A stretch of DNA of 64,000 nucleotides from Candidatus Latescibacterota bacterium (GTDB lineage: Bacteria > Latescibacterota > UBA2968 > GCA-2709665), in NCBI GenBank assembly GCA_963662665.2, contig CAXXJS010000025.1, positions 1 to 64,000 of the forward strand. The letters run 5' to 3'. Below are positions 28,308 through 37,168 of the stretch, piece after piece. Under the pieces are notes generated by a model that ran no database searches, had not been told where the DNA came from, and saw only the letters and a program-made list of their open reading frames with translations. The stretch's first letter is position 1. Each line of letters starts with the position of its first letter. The translations under genes were made by a program, and so were the position numbers.

Positions 28308-30275
28308 TCAATATGCGTGTACGGCGTGGCCCTGCCCCTGGAACCAGATCACGTCCAGCACGTACCCCAGGGCAACGGCCAACGCATAACCGACAATGGT
28401 CCCGATAAAAAACGGCACGGTCCGACGGTAAAGCAGCATGCCGCCGGTTTTGATCACAATCAGTTTGCAGACCCATGCGGCAAAGATGCTGAATGCCGCG
28501 TGCCTCGTCATGCCGGTGTACCCCACCGCCAGCCCGGCAGGGTGTACCGGCCACCAGTTGAACCGGTATCGCAGGAACGCCAGCAGGGCCATCCCCGCCG
28601 CGCCGGCCGCAAAGAGGATGAACGGCGCGGCATGAACGGGGTCCGGGCTGCGCATGTGGCTCACGTATCCGTTCACGCTCGGCACAGTTCTCCGGAAGAG
28701 CGCGATACTACCGAAATTGTACGCCCCGCCCGAATACCCCCAATAAAGTGTCAGGGCCACAGACGTCGCGATGCTCGTCAGCAGCCCCAGCCCCACAACC
28801 CACCCCAGCCGCCTCCGGTGCCGTTCCACCCTTTCGGCCAGCTTTGCAATCTGCGCGAAAGCCGGCATGAACAAACCCATGTGGTCATTGGCGAAAACAT
28901 TGGTAAACGCCATGGCCGTGAGCCCCGACGCCGGAATGGACGCCGCGCCTGCGGTGCCCAGAATGAGACCCTGGGCGCTCTGCGGCAGGTTGACGTAGAG
29001 CAGGCCGGTCTGCGCCACGATCCGCGCGAGACCCAGGTAACTGATAAACAGCAGCACGGTCAACGCCGTGGACAGAAGCAGTCCCATCCCGGCAATCCGC
29101 AACCAGCAGATGACAAAAGCCACCCCCAGAACCAGACCCCACACGGCCCATCGGTACCGCATCATCTCCCCGGCGTCCTCTGCTCCGTCCGATCGACCCA
29201 GCGCCCGGCGAACCACACGCCCGAGGTGTCCCCGGGCCGTCCACAGCGCCAGGCCCACGTAACACATCATCGCCCCGCCGCCCTGCCACGACACGTCTCC
29301 GCCCGAGAACCCCGCAACGCCAAGTCCAACCCTGGCGAACGCCGCGATCTCCAGAATGTAGAACAGATGAAACAGCCAGATACTGAGCAGCAGATCCAGG
29401 CCCGTCAGGTACGCGAACCCGATCGTATAGAAATTCAGGCTCACGTGGACCATCGAGTACTGCGTAAAGTACACCCACAACTGCTGGTGAAACAAACGGA
29501 TCATGGGAAACCCGTGCACGAAAGCCGGCACGAGGTTCCAGACCTTGATGGCCAGTGCGGCCGACAATCCCGCAATGAACAGCCGGTTCCGCAACAATCC
29601 GGCCCACTCGCCTCTGCCTGCGGCCCCCTCCGCCATGTCCGCGGCCACCGCGGGAATGGGATAGGCCAGCCGTTCGTGCCCCGACCACTGCCGGTGAAGC
29701 ACTGCAACCGTACAGAACGAAACCAGCGCCAATCCGCCCAGCAGCGCCGTCCACCAGAAGAGGGGAACGGCCCACTCTCCCCAGGGAATCCCTTCACCAG
29801 GTGGAAGTCCCTCGAAGAGCCATCTCATGGCCCCCTGCGCGTTGGACGGCACCATCCATCCGGGCACGTGGGGCAGGAGGTACTCTCCCCACTGATTCTC
29901 CGGCGTGGCGAGATAATGCGGGATGGCCAGCATGCCGATCCAGGTCGTGGACAGACCGAACGTCGGCACCATTCCCCCCGCCAGACCCGCACACAGCGCC
30001 ACCAGGAGTTCCGGGCCGGACATCGCCAACCTGGGAATAAACCGCCGGAGGGCCGGAGTCGCCAGAACGAGGATCAGGAACGGCACGAACACGCCCATTG
30101 GGAAATGGGTCCGGTTCAGCCACGATCCCCGGATGATATAGAGCGAGTGCAGGCTCCAGAAATTGTGCAGAGCGGCAATACCCAGGCCTACGCTCAGGGC
30201 GCGCGCCGAAACCCCGCGCATTGCCAACTTCGTGCCGCCTGCTTCCGCTTCACGTCGGCCGGCAGGACTCGACAT
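28308..30275 (-). CDS. DUF6785/DUF6784-like polytopic membrane protein (OPT-like putative transporter)
   Basis: Many hydrophobic segments; YLATPENQW, HERLAYP, RIVAQTG, WWPVHPAG motifs shared with 35026-37047. Confidence 0.75.
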   Translation of the reverse strand: MSSPAGRREAEAGGTKLAMRGVSARALSVGLGIAALHNFWSLHSLYIIRGSWLNRTHFPMGVFVPFLILVLATPALRRFIPRLAMSGPELLVALCAGLAGGMVPTFGLSTTWIGMLAIPHYLATPENQWGEYLLPHVPGWMVPSNAQGAMRWLFEGLPPGEGIPWGEWAVPLFWWTALLGGLALVSFCTVAVLHRQWSGHERLAYPIPAVAADMAEGAAGRGEWAGLLRNRLFIAGLSAALAIKVWNLVPAFVHGFPMIRLFHQQLWVYFTQYSMVHVSLNFYTIGFAYLTGLDLLLSIWLFHLFYILEIAAFARVGLGVAGFSGGDVSWQGGGAMMCYVGLALWTARGHLGRVVRRALGRSDGAEDAGEMMRYRWAVWGLVLGVAFVICWLRIAGMGLLLSTALTVLLFISYLGLARIVAQTGLLYVNLPQSAQGLILGTAGAASIPASGLTAMAFTNVFANDHMGLFMPAFAQIAKLAERVERHRRRLGWVVGLGLLTSIATSVALTLYWGYSGGAYNFGSIALFRRTVPSVNGYVSHMRSPDPVHAAPFILFAAGAAGMALLAFLRYRFNWWPVHPAGLAVGYTGMTRHAAFSIFAAWVCKLIVIKTGGMLLYRRTVPFFIGTIVGYALAVALGYVLDVIWFQGQGHAVHAY

Positions 30276-30300
30276 ACAGCGTTTTCCCTCGCGTGCGCGT

Positions 30301-33300
30301 TCAAGACACGACCTCCCGGCCCACGGGCGTATTCAGTTTCGCCTCCCCCTGCCGGGCATAGTCCGTCTTCGTTTCCGGAGGCATTGTCTTCCAAACCAGA
30401 AAGAGCTTGCGGAGGTCGTTCAGGAAGCCTCGATTCACCCGCTGCCAGGAGTTCACGTCTCCGCTCAGGCGATGGATTTGGACTTCAATGCGGTATATAT
30501 CGTGTTCTCCCGTGGGAATCGCATGCATCTCCACGTCCTGGCTGATCCCCATATCGTATGGCGCCAGCCACATCCGCAACCCGATCTTGTATCCCGTACC
30601 GGCGGGAAGCGGCTCGGACTCGAAACGCACGTCCCTCGAAACGAACCGGCCCAGGGAACCTTCGCCGTACGACTCGAAACACCGGAAGAGATAGGAATAC
30701 ATACCGAGGGCTTCCGATCCCGCCAGGGTAAACGGAAAGTCGAAAAACCAGTCGTCGCCCTTCGGATGCGGAAACTGCCACCGTCGGGTCACGTCGGGAA
30801 CGGACATCTGCTCGGCCTTCCTGGCCGGATAGAGCGTGGACAGGAACACCGCGATCATCACCAGCAGCGTGGAAGAGACCGCCGACAGCGAAGAATAGTT
30901 CAATGACAACCCGCCAAGCGCGCCATGTTCGTACAGGAACATCGCCACTGCCTGGCCGATGAGGTAACCGAACGCCGCGCCCAGCGTGGCGAACACGGCG
31001 GCTTCGGCCAGGAAAAGCGCGGAAATGTGGCTGGGCGCCAACCCCACTGCCGAATAGACGCCGATTTCCCTGAACCTTTCGTACACCGCGCCCATCATCG
31101 TATTCAGCACGATCAGCGAGGCAATTACCAGCGGGACGAAGAGATTCGCGATGCCCGAAAGCGAGGTGGTGCCGATGGAACTGTATACCGTCACCTCGTT
31201 GCCGATCCCAACGAACATCGTCAGCGCAACCCGGGACATAAAGTCCTCGATCTGCCCCCGGACGTCCCGGCTCGGGTTGCCCTGCGCATCTCTGAAATCG
31301 GTGACTGCAATCGATCGGAGCGTACCTCCCATTTCAATCACGAATTCGTACGGAAGCAGCGCAGTATTGCTCGCGTCCAGGTGGACGAACGCCTCGATCG
31401 GCTCCGCGCCCATCAGTCTCGGATCCTGGCTCAGGTTGCGCCAGTCGCTCGTGCCGGCTGTCTCCATCGTGGTGTCAATGGGGGTGAGTCGTTCGTCGTC
31501 CATATCCTCCAGTCTGTCGACCGCCCTGGAGTCCAGAATGCCAATAACGGCAAGCTCCACCCCCAGCATGCGAACCCGTGCCCGGCCGGCCTCCACGTTT
31601 TCGGGAGAAATCCCAACGAGCTCCGCCAGTTCCCCGGGCAGGATGACCGCGTGCCGCTCCCCTTCACGGAACCACCGGCCGGCCGTCAGCAACCGGTCCA
31701 TACCCATCACCCCGGGTTCCTCCGGCGTAACCCCCAGCAACCCGTTTGCGAAACTCCGCCGGCCGCTTTGCGGCTCTTCAAAGTCTATATAGGCCCGCTC
31801 CCCCCGCTTTTCGGAAATGTAAAATGCCCGGGGCGCTACCCGGGCGAAACCGCCGAAATGACTCTCCATATAGTTCAGTACGGAAGGCTGCATTCCCCTC
31901 CAGTTCCTGTCTCTCACCAGCGCACCCTCGTACGGTGGCCTATTGTCCCTGGGCAGCTTGTAGAAACGCAAATAGGTCTGTACAGAGGTGAAGGAAAGCA
32001 CCGTAAACGTAAGCAAAGTCAGCGTGACCGCCGTCAGTCCGCTGCGCAAGGGTCGCTTCCGCAGATTCGAAACCCCCAGCGTAAATGCCACGACTGTTGC
32101 CGAGATCCGCCCAACGTCCTCCTCGTACACACCCGTAGCGGACTGCTTCAGACGCCTTACCTGATCGGCGAACCTGGACACCACGATCACCATTGCAACG
32201 CCGCCCAGACACAGAATCACAAAAGCCAGAAAGATGATGTAAGGAGAACCGGACAGCTGGAACGCTGGATGCACCCACCGGAGCGCAAGGAACATGGCCA
32301 CGAGAATCCCGGCGAATCCGACGATCCGTCTCTGGACGTCGGGAAATCCGAAAAACAGCCGCTCGCAGAAGAACGAAAACGGCAGCAGCAGGACGAAATA
32401 GAAAATGACGCCCCGCACCGTGTCGTTGGCCGTCTCCTTTACCTCGGGGTAGCCGCGCGCCTCCAGCCCCCACGCCTCCCTCGACGCCGCAATGAACCGG
32501 TCGTAGCTGCGGTCTTCCAGGTGACGCTGCGCCTCTAGAAGGGATGCGCGCGCGCGGTCGTGCAGCCGGGTAAGCCGCTGGTTCTCCACGCCGTAGCGCG
32601 CCAGTTGCTTCATCCGCACGTCATCCACGATCCACATATCCCGCGCCGCCCGGTAGGAAGGCAGGGTAATCGCGCTTCCGTCCGGGACGTAGCCAACACC
32701 CATGGAACGTTTCACCGTCGCCGCGTCCACCCGCCGCGGAGCGACGGGATTGGTCAACAGGTCTTCCGGCGCGTTGATAAGCAGGTACTTGATTCCGAAC
32801 AGCCCGCTGCTCATCAGGATCTTGATCCGTTCACCGGGCGGCGCGAATGCCACCGACGCCTGGGTGACCTTTCCCTCCTTCCGGCCCTGGTTGGCCACGT
32901 AACGAAATCCGTATTCTATCGGTTCGCTGTTGTCCCTTCCCAGTACCTTCATATGGTCCAGCACGGACAGATAGCTGGAATCTACAATCTCGAACAGGCT
33001 CAACGACCGGCACCTGAAAAGCACCCCCATCATCTCGTTGTCCCACCACCCGTATCCCTGAACCAGGGGATACTTCCCGTTTCTTCCATCCGAACCGGCG
33101 CCATCTATTCCCATATCCGGCGCCGAGACTATCCGTCCCTCCGCGTCGAGTTCGTATGCCAGAACCTGATTTGAAAAGCGGTTTCTCACAATATCGAATT
33201 CAAACCGGCCGGTCTGTGCGACCACATCCCTGGATCCGTACAACGTCCCTCCGGATGCCGAACCTTCGTAAATCGGGCCTCTGGTGGTCTGTGTGACCAT

Positions 33301-35013
33301 CAGCGTCCGGACGCCCGCCACGCTCACCGGCCCGGGCTGTTTGTACGTCACGAGCGCGCCGGGTACGGGAACCCGCGGAATCGCGAAATCCACGTCCCGG
33401 TCGAACCAGAGAATGCGGCCGGACAGACGATGCCCGCGGTCCATCAGCCGAAGCTGGGTTTCCCGGAAGAAGGCCGGGTCGTTCCCGGCCCTGATCATCA
33501 TGGAAGCCAACGACCGCACCTGGTCGGTCAGCCGGTCAAACGCCATGGCCTCCGGAAGATCGAGCGGCGTGTCCGTGCGAACACGGCCGTCGTACAGCGT
33601 CACCAGCGTCATGGCCTCCTGGCCGACGAATACCGCCGCCTCGCTCTCCAGGGCCAGGGGAACCGGCATGAACGACGTCCAGGGTCGCTTGGCCGGCGCC
33701 ACCACGTCTACGTAGCGCGCTTCTCCGGGGAAGAGCGTCGTTGCATATTCACGGAGCCTGTGGGAATAGGGCGTCAGCAGATTCTTGAGGTATTCGTCCG
33801 TCGCTTTGCCCGGATTGTAGAACGTGCCCATCGCGAATCCGCCCATCTGCCGGCTTCTGCTGGACAGGTCGAGTCCAATGAAAAGGCTGAAGTCGATCCG
33901 TTGGGCGTCAGGAATCTTGTCCAGGAAATAATCGCTCCTCCGGGAATGCCTGAAGAGGAAATCGTTGATTCCCGACAGGCCCTCGAAATGAGCCGAGGTG
34001 GCCAGAAAGAGAAACGAATGCCTGGAACCGTAGTGCTTCAGAGACCGGATCACCTCCAGCATCGCGGCAACGCCCGAGGCGCTCTCGGCGCCCGGGGCAA
34101 GCGCCGGCACCACGGACATCGCGTCCAGGTAGGCGCCGACGACAATCAGCCGGTCCTTCCACCTTCGGCCGGTCCCACCGGGTATGTACTCGTCCGATCC
34201 CGGCAGATATCCGTAGACATTCGCCGCCTCCACAGTCTCCCAGTCCATCCGGGCCGTCAGGTGCGCCCTGGCGTCCCCCATTTCAACCCGCTTCAGGAGG
34301 CGTTTCGCATCCTCCCGGTTAACCCAGAACCGGGGCACATTCACCGGTACCTCGAGAAGCTTGTCCTCCGCCTCCCCGCGCGTTACGTTTCCGTCGTCGA
34401 AGAACAGAATCGCCTTCGCACCCAGTGCGAGCGCATTCAGGTAGTTTTGCCCGCAGCCGAAGTCCATCAGCACCACACTGCCTTCCACAACCGCACCGTT
34501 GAAATCCGAAAACTCGCCCTTGCGTCCATAGATCAACGGCCCGGTAACACCGTCTGCCGGCAGCGTGGAGGTACGCACGTCGTTCGGCCAGAGGCAGTAA
34601 ACGGGCACTTTCTCCCCCGTGTTCTCCACCTTCAACACACCACCTCTGTCGATCGGCACGGTCACGTCGAACGTCTCCGTGGTAATTCGCTCCAGACCCA
34701 TCGCCTCGAATTGCGACCGGACGTAGTCCCGCGCGTGGCGCTCTCCGCCGTACCCCACCACGCGAGACGGCATCCGTGTCATCGCCGCCACATGGGACCG
34801 TACCTGTTCTTCGGTAATCGCATCCGCGACCCGTCGAACCGCCCGATCTTCGGCCGAGAGATCACCACGCACCAGTTCCGGAGGCGCCGCCTGCCGGATA
34901 TGGAGTGTATCCCGTATCACGTCGGACACTTCCTCGGGGTCGAACACCACCACGAGTGCGAGAACGCCAAGCGTCAGAAGAACGAGAAGAACCCTGTTGA
35001 TAACTGCAAACAT
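30301..35013 (-). CDS. 1570 aa fusion: PA domain + degenerate M28 peptidase fold + TM bundle + MacB/FtsX-like permease
   Basis: SRVVGYGG, GPLIYG...GSVVLMD (PA), GAYLD...PGAESASG (M28-like), RKRPLRSGLT and NTMMGAVYERFREIGVYSAVG (FtsX). Confidence 0.8.
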   Translation of the reverse strand: MFAVINRVLLVLLTLGVLALVVVFDPEEVSDVIRDTLHIRQAAPPELVRGDLSAEDRAVRRVADAITEEQVRSHVAAMTRMPSRVVGYGGERHARDYVRSQFEAMGLERITTETFDVTVPIDRGGVLKVENTGEKVPVYCLWPNDVRTSTLPADGVTGPLIYGRKGEFSDFNGAVVEGSVVLMDFGCGQNYLNALALGAKAILFFDDGNVTRGEAEDKLLEVPVNVPRFWVNREDAKRLLKRVEMGDARAHLTARMDWETVEAANVYGYLPGSDEYIPGGTGRRWKDRLIVVGAYLDAMSVVPALAPGAESASGVAAMLEVIRSLKHYGSRHSFLFLATSAHFEGLSGINDFLFRHSRRSDYFLDKIPDAQRIDFSLFIGLDLSSRSRQMGGFAMGTFYNPGKATDEYLKNLLTPYSHRLREYATTLFPGEARYVDVVAPAKRPWTSFMPVPLALESEAAVFVGQEAMTLVTLYDGRVRTDTPLDLPEAMAFDRLTDQVRSLASMMIRAGNDPAFFRETQLRLMDRGHRLSGRILWFDRDVDFAIPRVPVPGALVTYKQPGPVSVAGVRTLMVTQTTRGPIYEGSASGGTLYGSRDVVAQTGRFEFDIVRNRFSNQVLAYELDAEGRIVSAPDMGIDGAGSDGRNGKYPLVQGYGWWDNEMMGVLFRCRSLSLFEIVDSSYLSVLDHMKVLGRDNSEPIEYGFRYVANQGRKEGKVTQASVAFAPPGERIKILMSSGLFGIKYLLINAPEDLLTNPVAPRRVDAATVKRSMGVGYVPDGSAITLPSYRAARDMWIVDDVRMKQLARYGVENQRLTRLHDRARASLLEAQRHLEDRSYDRFIAASREAWGLEARGYPEVKETANDTVRGVIFYFVLLLPFSFFCERLFFGFPDVQRRIVGFAGILVAMFLALRWVHPAFQLSGSPYIIFLAFVILCLGGVAMVIVVSRFADQVRRLKQSATGVYEEDVGRISATVVAFTLGVSNLRKRPLRSGLTAVTLTLLTFTVLSFTSVQTYLRFYKLPRDNRPPYEGALVRDRNWRGMQPSVLNYMESHFGGFARVAPRAFYISEKRGERAYIDFEEPQSGRRSFANGLLGVTPEEPGVMGMDRLLTAGRWFREGERHAVILPGELAELVGISPENVEAGRARVRMLGVELAVIGILDSRAVDRLEDMDDERLTPIDTTMETAGTSDWRNLSQDPRLMGAEPIEAFVHLDASNTALLPYEFVIEMGGTLRSIAVTDFRDAQGNPSRDVRGQIEDFMSRVALTMFVGIGNEVTVYSSIGTTSLSGIANLFVPLVIASLIVLNTMMGAVYERFREIGVYSAVGLAPSHISALFLAEAAVFATLGAAFGYLIGQAVAMFLYEHGALGGLSLNYSSLSAVSSTLLVMIAVFLSTLYPARKAEQMSVPDVTRRWQFPHPKGDDWFFDFPFTLAGSEALGMYSYLFRCFESYGEGSLGRFVSRDVRFESEPLPAGTGYKIGLRMWLAPYDMGISQDVEMHAIPTGEHDIYRIEVQIHRLSGDVNSWQRVNRGFLNDLRKLFLVWKTMPPETKTDYARQGEAKLNTPVGREVVS

Positions 35014-35025
35014 CAGTGCGCCAGC

Positions 35026-37047
35026 CTATTCAATCCACGGGTGGATGCTGTGTCCGGCTCCGGGAAACATGAACATATCTACGAGGAATGCGCCCGTTAT
35101 CCCAAGTACGTGCCCCACCAGCAGGCCGAGGAAGAACGGCTGCGCCTGTCTGAACAGGGTGTTCCCGCCCACACGCAGGATGACCGTTTTGCACGACCAC
35201 GCCAGAAACAGCGTGAGCGCGAAATTCCGTACCAGATCGGTCCCCATTATGGCAAACCCCACGGGATGGATTGGCCACCAGGGAAACCTGTAGCGGAGGA
35301 ACGTGAGAACCACCATAGCCCCGGCCCCGATACCGAAAAACATGATTCGATTCCAGTCGACCTCGAACGGTTCCTTGATCTTGCTTACGGTGTCCGGAAA
35401 ATTGTGCACGCCACCGCAGATGAAACCGTGTCCGAAATTCTCGGCCCCGCCGGTATAACCCAGATAGAGGGTCCCGATAATCACGACCAGGGTCGTTGCC
35501 ACGAACGACAGACCGACCGCCCAGAACAGCCGCCTCCCCCGGTCCCGGATCTGTTCGCCCACCTTGGCCACGTGCGACATTTGCGACGTCGAATTCGCGT
35601 GAATCGGGTACGAAAACAGGAGCGTGGTGAGACTCGATGGCGACACAGCCCTGGCGCCGAGCAGATACACCGAAAAGCTCTGCGCGGTCATCGGCCCCTG
35701 TACATACAACAGGCCGGATTCGGCAATGATTCGCGCCACTCCGATGTAGAGAATAAACAGCATTGTCACCAGCGGAATGGCCATCTGCAAGTCCATTCCC
35801 GCCCTGTTCAGCCACACAACGGCAAATACGAAACCCACCAGAATCCCGACGACCGCGGTCCGATACGACAGCATCTCCCTCGAATCGTCCACCGAATGGT
35901 CCGACCGCCAGGCCTTCAACAGCACGTCCTTCAAGTGGCGCCTGGCCATCCACAGGCCGAACAGCACAAAGACGCAGAACGCCCCGAGCCCCTGCCAGCT
36001 TGACGCGGCGTCGTAGGATCCGTACCGGTCGCCTCGACCTCCGATGCTGTAGCCCACCCGGTTGAAAATGCCGAATTCCAGCACGAACACGGCGAAGAAG
36101 AACCAGACGCTGAACAGAACGTCCAGGTTTGCGAAATAGGAAAACGCAAAGGTGAACGGGTCAATATAGCTGAACATCGGCGGCATATCCCGCCCGAAGA
36201 AGGCGTATACTCGGCCGCGAACCGGCATCTCGGGAAAGGCAGGGGAAATCCATGGCAGCGCATTCCAGAAAATAAAGACAAAAGCGATCCCCGCGCCGAA
36301 CCAGAACAGCTTTCCTCGGGCGAATTTCGGCCACAAACCGCCCGAGTCGGACCCGGAGGCCATCTCCACAATCGGTTCCAGGACCGGGTATCGCAGCCGC
36401 TCGTGCTCCACCCACTGTTTCCGGAGTATCACCGAAAGCGAAGCCGCGGCGAAAGCCAGCACGCAGAACAGAAGCACCCACCAGAACATGGGAACGACCC
36501 ACGCCCCCCATGGAATCGTGCCCTGACCGCCCGGCAGGCCGTTGAAGAGAAGGGTGACGGCGCCGTCCACGTCCAGGGGCGCGACCCACGAAGGCAGGTG
36601 CGGATGAAGCAGGTTGCCCCACTGGTTTTCCGGAGTGGCCAGGTAGTACGGAATGGTTATAAAAGCATACAATGCCGAGATGGGAGCGCCGCCCATCAGC
36701 CCCATCGCGAATATGGTAAGGATCTCCGCGAGGCTCAGCCCCGCGGACCGGACGACCCGCTTCAGGAAAGGATTGAGGGCGAACAGGACGAGGAGGATCG
36801 CGATAAACAGGGCTGGCGAAAGAAATCCGGCCGTCACACCGGACGATCGGATCACGCGGCTGGAAAAGATGCCCCAGCCCTGAATGAACAGGGCTACGCC
36901 AAGACCGATGGCGACCGCCCGCACGGTTACGCCGCGTCGTTCCGGGCCTGACGCCGCTTCAGGAATCGAATCCCGTTGTGCTTGCTGCATATCCTTCTCC
37001 AGGCTTGTCTGCACCATGTGTGTTGGGTCTTCACGCGTCCCGGCCAC
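35026..37047 (-). CDS. DUF6785/DUF6784-like polytopic membrane protein (OPT-like putative transporter)
   Basis: GVTVRAVAIG, YYLATPENQW, HERLRYP, RIIAESG, WWPIHPVG. The start could also be the ATG at 37017. Confidence 0.75.
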   Translation of the reverse strand: MAGTREDPTHMVQTSLEKDMQQAQRDSIPEAASGPERRGVTVRAVAIGLGVALFIQGWGIFSSRVIRSSGVTAGFLSPALFIAILLVLFALNPFLKRVVRSAGLSLAEILTIFAMGLMGGAPISALYAFITIPYYLATPENQWGNLLHPHLPSWVAPLDVDGAVTLLFNGLPGGQGTIPWGAWVVPMFWWVLLFCVLAFAAASLSVILRKQWVEHERLRYPVLEPIVEMASGSDSGGLWPKFARGKLFWFGAGIAFVFIFWNALPWISPAFPEMPVRGRVYAFFGRDMPPMFSYIDPFTFAFSYFANLDVLFSVWFFFAVFVLEFGIFNRVGYSIGGRGDRYGSYDAASSWQGLGAFCVFVLFGLWMARRHLKDVLLKAWRSDHSVDDSREMLSYRTAVVGILVGFVFAVVWLNRAGMDLQMAIPLVTMLFILYIGVARIIAESGLLYVQGPMTAQSFSVYLLGARAVSPSSLTTLLFSYPIHANSTSQMSHVAKVGEQIRDRGRRLFWAVGLSFVATTLVVIIGTLYLGYTGGAENFGHGFICGGVHNFPDTVSKIKEPFEVDWNRIMFFGIGAGAMVVLTFLRYRFPWWPIHPVGFAIMGTDLVRNFALTLFLAWSCKTVILRVGGNTLFRQAQPFFLGLLVGHVLGITGAFLVDMFMFPGAGHSIHPWIE

Positions 37048-37086
37048 CGTACCGCCTGCTTCGGAAGACGGGAAATGACAACGCGC

Positions 37087-37114
37087 ATAATATGGAAATA
37101 TCTCGAATTTTCAA
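37087..37114 (-). promoter_or_regulatory. Putative sigma70 promoter for the DUF6785-FtsX-lyase operon
   Basis: Minus-strand TTGAAA-N16-TATTAT in an AT-rich gap, 40 bp upstream of 37047. Confidence 0.5.
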
Positions 37115-37168
37115 GGGAAAAGGCCCTCCACGTCCGAACTCCGGGCCGTGCTATCGAACCCCGCAGCG

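Noticed and set aside
28264-28554. N-terminal ORF extensions (also 40364-40531, 58478-58663, 4575-4862, 16986-17240)
   Set aside because: They overlap neighbouring genes or repeats, and downstream starts have better ribosome-binding sites.
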